Shown in pieces: positions 18,425-27,542 of a stretch of 64,000 bases of DNA. Source of the stretch: Candidatus Norongarragalinales archaeon. GTDB lineage: Archaea; Micrarchaeota; Micrarchaeia; Norongarragalinales; Norongarragalinaceae. The position numbers and the translations under genes were made by a program. The number at the start of each line of letters is the position of its first letter. Position 1 is the first letter of the stretch. The stretch is from assembly GCA_038884755.1 (NCBI GenBank), contig JAWABJ010000001.1, positions 493,947-557,946 of the forward strand, written 5' to 3'. The notes beneath the pieces are model-generated. The model had not been told where the DNA came from. It worked only from the letters and a program-made list of their open reading frames with translations, and searched no databases.

Positions 18425-19081
18425 TCAGGCGTCTATCAGTATTGTGACCAAAAAAACCTTTTTGCCGTTGCGCACGCCAGTAAGCTTGTGCGACAGCGAA
18501 AAGGGTTTTTTCAACGAACGCACGGCATCCAGCACCGCGTTCTTGCTTCCCGCCACCAAGTCCGCGCCGCCGGTTTTCTTTAACTCCGTCTTCCAAAACG
18601 TTTTTCCTTCGATCGCTTTTTCCAGCTTTTGCAAAACCCGTTCTACCCTTCGTTCATCCCCCCGTATTTGCACTATAGCTTCCTTGTACCCGCCCGCCTG
18701 GCGCGAGCAGTCGAGGCAAAGCGTTTTCGAAAAAGGGATTTCGAAATGCTTTTCCTGCTTTACGTCGTGCCCGTCGACTTTCAAATGGAATTTAGCGTGA
18801 ACGCCAACAAAACGCTTTCCTTGCGTGAAGGACACTTGGGTGGAAAGAGGAAAGCGCGACTTGCTCTTGTGCGCCACCATTTCTTCGACGACTTTCGGGG
18901 TGAATTCCACCCACGCGCTTCCGCTTTTCACGCGGAGGCAGCGGGGGCACAGCGTGAGCGAAAGGTTTTTCCCGGCAACTTCGACAAGCTGTTGCTTGGA
19001 AAAACAGTCTATGCAGAAAGAGCCTACGAACTGCTTTTCGCTCTTTCCGCACGAAGGGCATATTTTCAAGTTCAACACCAT
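18425..19081 (-). CDS. NMD3-family zinc-ribbon protein (ribosomal large-subunit export/biogenesis factor homologue)
   Basis: Paired Cys clusters CPSCG...CIDCF, CPRC, CLDCS typical of the Nmd3 N-terminal Zn-binding domain; shorter than eukaryotic Nmd3. Confidence 0.5.
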   Translation of the reverse strand: MVLNLKICPSCGKSEKQFVGSFCIDCFSKQQLVEVAGKNLSLTLCPRCLRVKSGSAWVEFTPKVVEEMVAHKSKSRFPLSTQVSFTQGKRFVGVHAKFHLKVDGHDVKQEKHFEIPFSKTLCLDCSRQAGGYKEAIVQIRGDERRVERVLQKLEKAIEGKTFWKTELKKTGGADLVAGSKNAVLDAVRSLKKPFSLSHKLTGVRNGKKVFLVTILIDA

Positions 19082-19153
19082 TATTGCTCTTGCGGAAACC
19101 GCAAAAGTATTATTTTTAACCGCAATCGCGTTTTAAAGTTTGTTTAATTCATT

Positions 19154-20953
19154 TTGAGAGCGTGGTTTAAAGTGGCTGTCGACCAGAGGGAAAAAGCGCT
19201 GAGCGCCAGCAAGCTGTTTTTCCGAGTGCCTCCTTCGAAGAGGACGCTGGTCGCGCTGCTTTTGGCGACCAGCTTGTTGGGCTTTGCCTTCAGGATTTAC
19301 GCAGGCAACGGAGTCTCAAACGCGCTAGTGTACGGAGTGGCGGAAGGCGTTTTGCTGCTGGGCCTGCCGGCTTTGCTCGCCGCAGCCCTTTCCTCGCTTT
19401 ACTACAAAGAGCCGTTCAAGTACAATATTTTCATAGGAGCGACTGCCGCAGTAATCGCAGGCACGGTTTACTTAGTGGGATTCGCAGGGGGACAGCTGGT
19501 CAATTCAATAATACTCGCGAACGCATTATGCATCCTCCTGTGGTTCAGCGCGTCTTTCGTCGGGCTCAACCAGGGCGTGAAATCCATTCCCGCAAGCTTT
19601 CTGCAGGCGTTTTTCAACGCGTCTTTCTTGTGGTTCTGGCAGCGCTTCGGGTTCATAGAATCCTCGTTCGCAATAGGCTCGCTTCCCTTAGCCGCAATCA
19701 AGATACTCGTTTCATCCGGAATCCTTCTCTTGGGATTGTGGGCTGTTTTCTACGTGGTCAACGCGCCTGCCAAGCGCAATTTCGGCATTTCCACAATCCA
19801 GGCAGTCGCGCTGTTCTTCTCGCAGTGGACCACAGGAAAGAAAGAATTCGAGGAAATACTGGCTGAAATGGGCGAGCCCGTCGAAACCACGGTCGAAGGC
19901 GTGGTTTTCAAGAACGTGCGGGGAAAAACCAAAGCGGTGTTCTTTTCCCCGCAAGTGCACTTCGGGCCGTTCGGAAACGTTGGCGGAAGCGAATTCCCGT
20001 TCTTGCTTTCACAAAAAATTTCTTTTGAAACAAAAGCGCCTTGCTTCGTTTTCCACTCCACGGTCAACCACGACTTCAACCCAGTCTACTCCTCCACTCA
20101 CGCGCTTATCTCAAAAAAAGCGTTGCAAGCCATTGCCGCCTCGTCCAAAAACTTTTCTTCCCAAGCGTGCTTCGTGCACTCGCGCGAAGGTAGTGCGAGC
20201 GTGGCGGGCTTCGCCTTCGGCAAAAACGCGTTTCTAACGCTCTCCCGCGCTCCCGAAAGCACTGAAGACATCGAGCTTTCGCTCGGGCTTGCCTTGAAAA
20301 ATTCTGCAAGAAGAAAATTCGGCGAAGCTATAATAGTGGACAGGCACAATTCTTTGACGGACGGCAGCATTTTCCGCGTGGGAAGCAGGGAGTTTCTCGA
20401 GTTCGAAAAAGCGGTTTCGGGCGTTGAAAACGGAAAGCAAAACTCGTTCAGGCTGGGCGTGAGCGAGCGAAGCCTCGATTCGTTCACCCTCGACAACGGA
20501 GTCGGAAAAGCGGGGTTGAAAACCGCTGTGTTCGAAATCCGGGGAAAGAAATACTGCATCGCGCTTATCGACGGCAACAATATCCTGCCGTCGTTCCGCG
20601 CCAACGCGCTGCTGTCGCTGAGAAACTACGGGTTCGAGTGGGCCGACATTTTTTCCACCGACACGCACTCTGCGAACAAGATTGGCGGGGTGCACAACCC
20701 CGTGGGAAGAAACTTGAACCACGAAAAGCTCATTGAGGAAATAAGGAAAGGCGTTGACGAGGCGCTGGAAAACCGGGAAGAGTGCAAGGCGGCGTTCTTT
20801 TCCGACAGCGTGGGGGTCAGCGTCCTGGGAGGGAGGAAGCAAAGCGAACTCACGTCGACCATCAACTCGGTAGTTGCAATAACTCGCGTGCTTGCGCCAG
20901 CGATTTTCGCAGTCTGCGTTTTAGCCGTCCTCTTCCTCCTCTTGGCGTCGTAA
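19154..20953 (+). CDS. Large membrane protein of unknown function (multi-pass N-terminal domain plus soluble C-terminal domain; possibly DUF2070-like)
   Basis: 599 aa; about 8 hydrophobic helices in the first 250 aa, C-terminal TM anchor; family assignment is a guess. Confidence 0.5.
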   Translation: MRAWFKVAVDQREKALSASKLFFRVPPSKRTLVALLLATSLLGFAFRIYAGNGVSNALVYGVAEGVLLLGLPALLAAALSSLYYKEPFKYNIFIGATAAVIAGTVYLVGFAGGQLVNSIILANALCILLWFSASFVGLNQGVKSIPASFLQAFFNASFLWFWQRFGFIESSFAIGSLPLAAIKILVSSGILLLGLWAVFYVVNAPAKRNFGISTIQAVALFFSQWTTGKKEFEEILAEMGEPVETTVEGVVFKNVRGKTKAVFFSPQVHFGPFGNVGGSEFPFLLSQKISFETKAPCFVFHSTVNHDFNPVYSSTHALISKKALQAIAASSKNFSSQACFVHSREGSASVAGFAFGKNAFLTLSRAPESTEDIELSLGLALKNSARRKFGEAIIVDRHNSLTDGSIFRVGSREFLEFEKAVSGVENGKQNSFRLGVSERSLDSFTLDNGVGKAGLKTAVFEIRGKKYCIALIDGNNILPSFRANALLSLRNYGFEWADIFSTDTHSANKIGGVHNPVGRNLNHEKLIEEIRKGVDEALENREECKAAFFSDSVGVSVLGGRKQSELTSTINSVVAITRVLAPAIFAVCVLAVLFLLLAS

Positions 20954-20982
20954 GCGTATTTGAAGAGTGTGAGCATTCAAAA

Positions 20983-22119
20983 ATGAAAATAGCTTTTTTC
21001 ACCGACACGTTCTACCCCAACGTCGACGGGGTGGTCACGACGCTAGTCAACTACAGGAATGAAATGCAGCGCAAGGGCGAGAAAGTTTTCGTGTTCACTT
21101 CGGGAGACAGGAAAACGCGCGAGGAAAACAAGGACAACCGCGTTTTCGTTTTCCACTCGGTCCGCTTTCCCCCCTACCCGCAGTACAAAATCGCATTGTA
21201 CCCTTTCAACTCCAGCGAAATAGCGCGCGAAAAGAAGATAGAAATCGTGCATTGCCACGCGCTCGCGTCCATGGGACTCGCGGCAATAAAAACCTCGCGC
21301 GACTTGCAAGTCCCGCTTTTGGGAACGTTCCACACGATGGTTCCGCTGGCTGCGAAAAAAATGGTGGGGAAAACTGCCGAGAAAATCTTGTGGAAGGCGG
21401 TCAAGGTTTTCTACGACCGCTTCGACCTCGTCACGTGCCCCACTGAAACCATACGGGGGATACTGCGGGAAAAAGGCGTCGAGAGCGTCGTAGTCCCCAA
21501 CGGCGTCGATACCGAAAAGTACAACCCGCGCGTGAAGGCTAACGTTGTCAGGAACTTGATTGCAGCAGACAAGATCGTGCTCGTAGCTGGCAGGATAAGC
21601 CAGGAAAAAAACGTGGACGTCATCGTGCGCGCGGCTTCGGAAGTCTTGAAGCAAACGAACGGGTTGAACGTCAAGTTCGTAATAACCGGAGACGGGCCGG
21701 ACCGCAAGCGAATCGAAGAAATGGCGAAAAGCGAGGGGCTGTGGAAAAACTTCGTTTTCACAGGTTTCGTCAAGCAAGAGCACTTGCCTTCGTACTACGC
21801 AGCAAGCGATTGTTTCGCGACGGCGTCGACGTTCGAAACGCAAGGTCTCGCCTTGCTTGAAGCAATGGCCTGCGGAAAGCCGGTTGTCGGGGCGAAAGCT
21901 ATGGCAATTCCAGAAGCAGTGCGCAACGGCAAGAACGGGTTTCTCTTTCCACCAGGCGATGAAGGCGCGTGCGCGGAGAAAATATTGAAAATTTTGGGCA
22001 TGAACAAGGCAGGCTACGCCCGGATGTCGAAAAACGCCCGTGCGACCGCGGAAAAGTTTTCCGTGCCGAAAAGCACGTCGAAAATGCTGGACATTTACGC
22101 CGAGCTTTTACACCGATGA
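20983..22119 (+). CDS. Glycosyltransferase family 4 (GT-B fold)
   Basis: GT4 C-terminal signature (FETQGLALLEAMACGKPVVGAKAMAIPEAV); start at ATG 20983 (MKIAFFTDTFYPNVDGV). Confidence 0.8.
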   Translation: MKIAFFTDTFYPNVDGVVTTLVNYRNEMQRKGEKVFVFTSGDRKTREENKDNRVFVFHSVRFPPYPQYKIALYPFNSSEIAREKKIEIVHCHALASMGLAAIKTSRDLQVPLLGTFHTMVPLAAKKMVGKTAEKILWKAVKVFYDRFDLVTCPTETIRGILREKGVESVVVPNGVDTEKYNPRVKANVVRNLIAADKIVLVAGRISQEKNVDVIVRAASEVLKQTNGLNVKFVITGDGPDRKRIEEMAKSEGLWKNFVFTGFVKQEHLPSYYAASDCFATASTFETQGLALLEAMACGKPVVGAKAMAIPEAVRNGKNGFLFPPGDEGACAEKILKILGMNKAGYARMSKNARATAEKFSVPKSTSKMLDIYAELLHR

Positions 22120-22177
22120 TTTAAATAGGGAAAAAACGGTAGTAAAAAGAAAAGCAAAAAAAAACGAGGGGTTTCGA

Positions 22178-22603
22178 ATGGCTGTGCCTTTGGTAAGCGT
22201 TGATTTCGTCGCAGTCGTCCTGGCGGCGATAGCGAGTTTCGTAATCGGGATGGTTTGGTATTCGCCTATGCTATTCGGTAAAATGTGGATGAAGGAAATG
22301 AAAACGAGCGAAAAGGAAATGAAGAAGGGCAAGAAGAACATGACTCAAAGCTTCGCCTTCGCTTTCGTAGGTGCGCTGGTGATGGCTTACGTTCTCGCCC
22401 ACTTTATCGCTTACGCAACTGGCGGCTATCCGACGCTCATGGACGGAATTACTACCGCATTCTGGGCGTGGCTCGGGTTCGTAGCGACTGTAAGCGCGGG
22501 AATGGTTTTGTGGGGCGGAAAATCCTGGAACCTGTACGCCTTGACTGCTGGCAACGATTTGGTGTCCATGCTCGCCATGGGCGCGATTATAGCGCTTTGG
22601 TAA
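22178..22603 (+). CDS. Small multi-pass membrane protein (DUF1761-like)
   Basis: About 140 aa, four hydrophobic helices; start at internal ATG (MAVPLVSVDF). Confidence 0.45.
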   Translation: MAVPLVSVDFVAVVLAAIASFVIGMVWYSPMLFGKMWMKEMKTSEKEMKKGKKNMTQSFAFAFVGALVMAYVLAHFIAYATGGYPTLMDGITTAFWAWLGFVATVSAGMVLWGGKSWNLYALTAGNDLVSMLAMGAIIALW

Positions 22604-22607
22604 TCCG

Positions 22608-23252
22608 CTAGGCAGAGCATTCCACTTGCGCCAGAATCGATTCCTTTGGAATTATCCCGGCGTAAGCCTTTTCTTTAATCACTATCGAAGGCGTTTGCGT
22701 TATAGCGTAACGGCTTTTTATCGCGTTCACAACGCCTATGTCCAAGTCAGTGGGAAAAGCAAAAACGCGCACGTTCTTGCACTCGTCCCTCACGCTGTTG
22801 AGAATCTGCGCTTGAGCGCGGCATTCCACGCAATCCTGCGTGTCCGGATAGAAATACATTATAGGAATCGTGCCGGAAGAGCCGCACACGTTTTGCAGCT
22901 GTTGCAGGTAAAGCCACAATTCTGAATTCGCCAGGATAAACCTCCGCTTGGTGCGCGAAGTGTCCGCGAGGACGGCCGAAGACTCCGTCGCCTGCAATTG
23001 GTTGAACAAATCGTAAAGTTTGTTTATTTGCGAGCGGGCGGTTTCCTCGAGCGCGGGACACGCTTCGAGCGAGTTGTTGTAAGTTTGGGTGTAAAGCAAG
23101 AGCGTGCGCGCGGACTGCATTTCCTCCTCCAAGTCGGCGACACGCGCTTGCAAGTCTTGCGCCCGCGAGTCGTCCAAATACTTCACGAAAAAGTAGTTGC
23201 CCGTGAACAGCACGAGCGTGATCACCAAAGCCTTCACGTAAACGCTTACCAT
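22608..23252 (-). CDS. Membrane-anchored protein with C-x-x-C motif (possible thiol-disulfide oxidoreductase fold)
   Basis: 214 aa; N-terminal TM helix; DCVEC motif and further Cys residues; weak call. Confidence 0.4.
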   Translation of the reverse strand: MVSVYVKALVITLVLFTGNYFFVKYLDDSRAQDLQARVADLEEEMQSARTLLLYTQTYNNSLEACPALEETARSQINKLYDLFNQLQATESSAVLADTSRTKRRFILANSELWLYLQQLQNVCGSSGTIPIMYFYPDTQDCVECRAQAQILNSVRDECKNVRVFAFPTDLDIGVVNAIKSRYAITQTPSIVIKEKAYAGIIPKESILAQVECSA

Positions 23253-23253
23253 G

Positions 23254-24594
23254 CTAAGCTTTCACCTGCAATTTATTCTCCCATCTTCTTTCCGTGCCGA
23301 CTATCTCGTGCACCATTCCAGAGAAATACACGAAGGAAATGAACATCGAGTACAAAGTCATGAAAACCACCATCGGCGGGATATGCAAAAGCTTGATTTT
23401 TTGCTTCGCAATTCCGAAGCTTATCCACACTATGTAAAGCCACACCATTATCGTAAAGAGGAAGAAGAACACGGAGGAGTTGATTATGGCGCCGGAGTAT
23501 ATGCCGAGGTTGGTGACGAGCGAAGCATCAACGCGCGCTACGCCTATTGCCCCCAAAAAGTCGTTGACGAAATTCCCGCCGTGAAGGAAAAGAATGCGCG
23601 ATACCACTATCACGCCCAAAAGCTCGACTGCAAACGAAATCGGGTATACAAACCTCCCGAAATCGCCGTACTTCGAGTTGAAGAGCATATGGCGGTATTT
23701 CCGTCCGTTGAATATCTTTCCCCTCAACCAACGCAATCTTTGTTTGAAAAGCTTCCCCCAAGAATCTGGAACGTCCGTATGAACGACTGCGTCGGTGGTC
23801 AAGCGGATTTTGTAGCCTGCGGACTGCAAGTGCAAAGCTACCTCCATGTCTTCCGTGATGTTGCCCTCGTCGAAACCCCCTATTTTCTTTAGCGCATTAA
23901 CGGAGTATACCGACATCGGGCCGGGGGTTACGATGAGCCCGTCGAGTTCTGCGAGGGCGGTGTGCCAAAAGCCGAAAGCAACGTAATATTCGATTTCCTG
24001 AATTTTCTGCACGAAATTCTTGGGTTTTTCGACGCACACCAACGCGGTTACGGCGCCAACGCCCTTGCCGTCGAACAAACGCACCATTTTCTTCAACGCA
24101 TCGCGCGCGGGGTAAGTGTCTGAATCGATGCACGCGACTATTTCGCCCTTCGCCTTTCCTAACGCGAGGTTGAGCGAACGCGCTTTTCCCTGGTTGCTCG
24201 CGTGACGTATTATTTCGAGCGAAGGAAAGCGTTTTTTGAGGTCGTAAAGGATTTTCGCAGTCCCGTCCGTACTGGCGTCGTCCACTACCACGACCTGCAG
24301 TTTTTTCGGGTATTCCAGCGAGAACACGCTTTCAACGCAGCGCTCTATTGTTTTCGCGCTGTTGTAGCACGGGATTATCACGCTCGCCGCGGGGAATTTG
24401 TTCGAAAGCTTTTGCTCGCTTTTCTCCCAGAATTTTAATAGGTATACTACGGCAACGTATACGAAGAGGAAGTTGGCAGTAAGGAAAATCACAAGGTACG
24501 GCACTACGGCGAAGAGCGCGTAGAAAAACGCGGCGAACAAGCTTACGACTAGCAGCGCGGAAAACCAAAAGCTGTTGCGCAACCCTTCGAGCAT
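23254..24594 (-). CDS. Processive family-2 glycosyltransferase (cellulose/chitin-synthase-like) with flanking TM helices
   Basis: D,D,D,QxxRW signature: VVDDASTDGT, CIDSDT, QRLRWLRG; N- and C-terminal hydrophobic helices; start set at ATG (MLEGLRNSFWF), track ORF extends to 24735. Confidence 0.75.
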   Translation of the reverse strand: MLEGLRNSFWFSALLVVSLFAAFFYALFAVVPYLVIFLTANFLFVYVAVVYLLKFWEKSEQKLSNKFPAASVIIPCYNSAKTIERCVESVFSLEYPKKLQVVVVDDASTDGTAKILYDLKKRFPSLEIIRHASNQGKARSLNLALGKAKGEIVACIDSDTYPARDALKKMVRLFDGKGVGAVTALVCVEKPKNFVQKIQEIEYYVAFGFWHTALAELDGLIVTPGPMSVYSVNALKKIGGFDEGNITEDMEVALHLQSAGYKIRLTTDAVVHTDVPDSWGKLFKQRLRWLRGKIFNGRKYRHMLFNSKYGDFGRFVYPISFAVELLGVIVVSRILFLHGGNFVNDFLGAIGVARVDASLVTNLGIYSGAIINSSVFFFLFTIMVWLYIVWISFGIAKQKIKLLHIPPMVVFMTLYSMFISFVYFSGMVHEIVGTERRWENKLQVKA

Positions 24595-24656
24595 TTCACA
24601 CCACACAAGCTGAAAACTAAGGCTTTGATTAAAACATATTATGGAAAAGCGGGGTT

Positions 24657-25385
24657 TTAAATTTCCCTTATTATCGCGTAGCGCTTGGTTTTGATGCCCA
24701 AAAGAAAGTTGAGAGTAGTTTTCCCCCAGTCCCACAACAAACCCGCCAGCCCGAATTTCTTGAGACGGCGGTTGGAAGTATACGTGACGACGTTCTTGTC
24801 GTAAACCACTTTTCCCCTCTTAGCTATGCGCATGCACAAGTCTTGGTCTTCGCTCGCTTCCATTTCCTCGTCGAAACCGCCGACCGCGTCGAAGTCTTTC
24901 TTCTTGTAGGCGGCGGCGTTGCCTGCAATCACGGGCCGCCCTAAAAGCGTCGCTACTTCCACAATCAAATTGAATATTTCGAAAACCCAGTTTTGCAGGA
25001 AAGTAGCGTCTTTCGGCATTACTTTCCCGCCGAACCCGACTACTGAGGGTTTGGAAAACTCCTGCTTCATGCGGTCGAAAAACGCCTTTGGTGGGATGTT
25101 GTCGGCGTCGCAAAATACAATCCACGGGTGTTTAGCGTGGCGCGCGCCGGCGTTGCGCCCGGCGCCTATCGAAGGACGGATTTTCTTGCGCCCGTTCTCG
25201 AGGCAAACCTTGTCCGCGAGTTTTTTCGCTATCGCGACGGTCTTGTCCGAACTCCCTCCATCCGCGACTATCACTTGAGAGTAAGGAAGGGTTTTGCGCA
25301 ACGCGCGAAGGGTGTTCCCGATGTTTTTTTCTTCATTCAGGGTGGGAATCACTACGGAAATTCCAGCGGGACGGTGGTTTTTCAT
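24657..25385 (-). CDS. Family-2 glycosyltransferase (dolichyl-phosphate sugar transferase-like)
   Basis: VVIPTLNEEKNI...ADGGSSDKT...CDADN motifs typical of GT2 (DPM/DPG-synthase-like). Confidence 0.75.
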   Translation of the reverse strand: MKNHRPAGISVVIPTLNEEKNIGNTLRALRKTLPYSQVIVADGGSSDKTVAIAKKLADKVCLENGRKKIRPSIGAGRNAGARHAKHPWIVFCDADNIPPKAFFDRMKQEFSKPSVVGFGGKVMPKDATFLQNWVFEIFNLIVEVATLLGRPVIAGNAAAYKKKDFDAVGGFDEEMEASEDQDLCMRIAKRGKVVYDKNVVTYTSNRRLKKFGLAGLLWDWGKTTLNFLLGIKTKRYAIIREI

Positions 25386-25500
25386 TGGAAATGCAAAGTT
25401 TAGAAAGCGGAGCGGAAAGAAAAGCTTTTTGCATCGGAAAAAGGTCGTTCAAAGGAAAAAAATAAATTCCCCTTTTCTCTGCGTTATTCGCGGGATTGGC

Positions 25501-25698
25501 ATGCTTGATTGGCGGGTGGTACTGGTTTTCGGGGCCGTGATAATAATGTGCGGAGCCATTTCCATGGCGTATTACTTTGTGATGACGAGCACCACGCCTT
25601 TCTCCGCGACCCCGCTTTCGGGTTCACTCGCGCCCCAGCCGCAGGCCGAACGCGGACCTTCAAAGGCGATAGGCTACGTTACCCTGACGGTCACCTGA
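25501..25698 (+). CDS. Possible small membrane protein (65 aa)
   Basis: ATG at 25501, one hydrophobic helix (VVLVFGAVIIMCGAISMAYYFV); lies in an otherwise non-coding 390-bp gap; weak. Confidence 0.2.
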   Translation: MLDWRVVLVFGAVIIMCGAISMAYYFVMTSTTPFSATPLSGSLAPQPQAERGPSKAIGYVTLTVT

Positions 25699-25778
25699 GT
25701 TTCCACCGCTTTCTTTTCAACAGCTTTTTAAAAGCAGAGTGAGTTGTCTTACTATCAAGAGTGAGAGGCTAGAGTAAA

Positions 25779-27047
25779 GTGGAAACCGCCAGAAAGGCAC
25801 TGCTTTTACTGTTATTGCTGGTCGTGCTTTCAAACAGTGTTTTTTCAGTGGGCATAAGGCCCGCGCGCCTCGTTTACCCCTTCCAGGAAGGAAGAGAATT
25901 GGGCATGGACTATACGATAATAAACCGCGGTCCCGTCGGCGCGCGTTTTGCGGTTTACACTTGCGGCACGTTTTTCGACAAAATCGAAATTTCAAGCGTT
26001 TCTTCAACGGTTTTTTCCGACAGGGATTGCACTGCAGCGCAGAGGAAGGTCATAGCCCAGCTTGAGAACGGCGACATTACGCTGGACGAGGCGGGCGTGT
26101 TCTTGAATCCGCGCGAGGAGAAAATGATCCAGGCGAAAATAAAACTTCCTTCGGTCGGGGGCTTCGAGCCGGGAATAGTCGAAACGAGGATAGGCGCGGT
26201 TGACTTGCCGTTGACGTTCAAGCCGGGCGAAACGGTCGTGGGCGGCATCGCAGCCGTTGAAGCGCAGTTGTGGCTGAAAGTGCCTTATCCCGGAAAGCGT
26301 TTCGTGATTTCGCCCGCCACTGAAGACGTGGAGTGGGGCAAGAAAGCGAAAGTGAGGGTTTCCGTTACGAGCGAAGGAAGCGAAGATGTGAAAAACGCTG
26401 TTTTAACCGTGGACATTCTCGACTCGCAGGGAGTGCGCAAGGACAGGATTGTTTTCGACGCCAAGGACATCGCTTCCGGAGAAAGCGTGGAGTACTCCAC
26501 GTTGTGGGACACCAAGCAAGTGGAGCCGGGCACTTACACGCTGTTGTTCAGGCTTTCTTTCGAGGGGCAGGCGGTCACCCAGGAAGCCCAGTTCAGGATA
26601 GGCGGGCTTGACGTGCGGGTTTCAAGCGTGGAAGCGCAGGCTGTGGCGAAAGGCGGGATTGCGAAGATAATAGTTTCGGCGGAAAGCAAGTGGGGAGACG
26701 CTATTCCCGGCATTTACGCCGACATTCTCGTGAACGACGCGGCCGGGAAAAGCCTGGTTTCGCTGAAAACCAGGTCGGAGGAAATAGGGCCGTTCGGAAG
26801 GTCGGTTTTGGAAGCGTTTTGGGAAACCGGAGACGCGCCTTCGGGAAAATACGACTTGCTCGTCACGCTGCATTATTCCAACAAGACTTCGGAAGGCAAG
26901 GGCGCGGTTGAAATCATGGAAAGCGTTTCGCAGCAAACGCCGGTAGAATACGTCGCTCTCGCGGTAGTAGTCATCCTGTTGATTGTAGGCGCGTGGTTTT
27001 TGAGGGGCAGGGTAAAAATCGAGCCCGAGCAGAAGAAACAGCGTTAG
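25779..27047 (+). CDS. Secreted surface protein with C-terminal TM anchor (beta-sandwich/CARDB-like repeats likely)
   Basis: GTG start, signal peptide (ALLLLLLLVVLSNSVFS), C-terminal helix (YVALAVVVILLIVGAWFL) followed by basic tail. Confidence 0.6.
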   Translation: METARKALLLLLLLVVLSNSVFSVGIRPARLVYPFQEGRELGMDYTIINRGPVGARFAVYTCGTFFDKIEISSVSSTVFSDRDCTAAQRKVIAQLENGDITLDEAGVFLNPREEKMIQAKIKLPSVGGFEPGIVETRIGAVDLPLTFKPGETVVGGIAAVEAQLWLKVPYPGKRFVISPATEDVEWGKKAKVRVSVTSEGSEDVKNAVLTVDILDSQGVRKDRIVFDAKDIASGESVEYSTLWDTKQVEPGTYTLLFRLSFEGQAVTQEAQFRIGGLDVRVSSVEAQAVAKGGIAKIIVSAESKWGDAIPGIYADILVNDAAGKSLVSLKTRSEEIGPFGRSVLEAFWETGDAPSGKYDLLVTLHYSNKTSEGKGAVEIMESVSQQTPVEYVALAVVVILLIVGAWFLRGRVKIEPEQKKQR

Positions 27048-27100
27048 GCGAGCTGGCAAAGCAAAACCGTATTTAAGGCGCGGAAGCTATTTTTCAAATC

Positions 27101-27517
27101 ATGGACAAGGCGCAAACTCAGTTTTACTCCGCGGCGCTGATTGCAATTTCCTTCGCTATCCTGGCGCTCGGCATGGGCTTGCTGTCGCAAAAAAACTTTT
27201 TCAAAACCACGCTGCCCATGCACTTGAGCGTGAGCGAACCGGGAGTGCTGGGCTTCAACGTTTCCGAATCCCTCGAGTTCGGCGCAATTCCGCCCGGAGC
27301 TGGAGGAAGGAAAGTGGTTTTCATCACTAACAACTTTAACTCCGAAAAGACAATGTTCCTGCGCGCTTACGGCGGGATTGCAAGTTGGATTTCGGTTTCC
27401 CAAAACGGCGTTTCCGTACGCCCAGGCCAGACTTTGAACGTTAGCGTGGTAGCGCTCGTCCCGCCTTACGCTGCAAAAGGCGATTACTACGGCATTCTGG
27501 AAATAACGCTAGGCTGA
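27101..27517 (+). CDS. Small membrane-anchored protein of unknown function
   Basis: 138 aa; N-terminal hydrophobic helix (FYSAALIAISFAILALGMGLL), several N-x-S/T sequons. Confidence 0.45.
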   Translation: MDKAQTQFYSAALIAISFAILALGMGLLSQKNFFKTTLPMHLSVSEPGVLGFNVSESLEFGAIPPGAGGRKVVFITNNFNSEKTMFLRAYGGIASWISVSQNGVSVRPGQTLNVSVVALVPPYAAKGDYYGILEITLG

Positions 27518-27542
27518 AAAAAACAAACGAAGCAAAGGGGAT

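Noticed and set aside
25580-25690. Box C/D sRNA (GTGATGA at about 25580 and CTGA at about 25683).
   Set aside because: The boxes are about 100 nt apart with no C'/D' pair or terminal stem; likely chance matches.
27101-27517. Type IV pilin / class III signal peptide protein.
   Set aside because: The N-terminus (MDKAQTQFYSAALIAISF...) lacks a clear short basic leader with G/A at -1 immediately before the hydrophobic stretch; kept as a small membrane-anchored protein.
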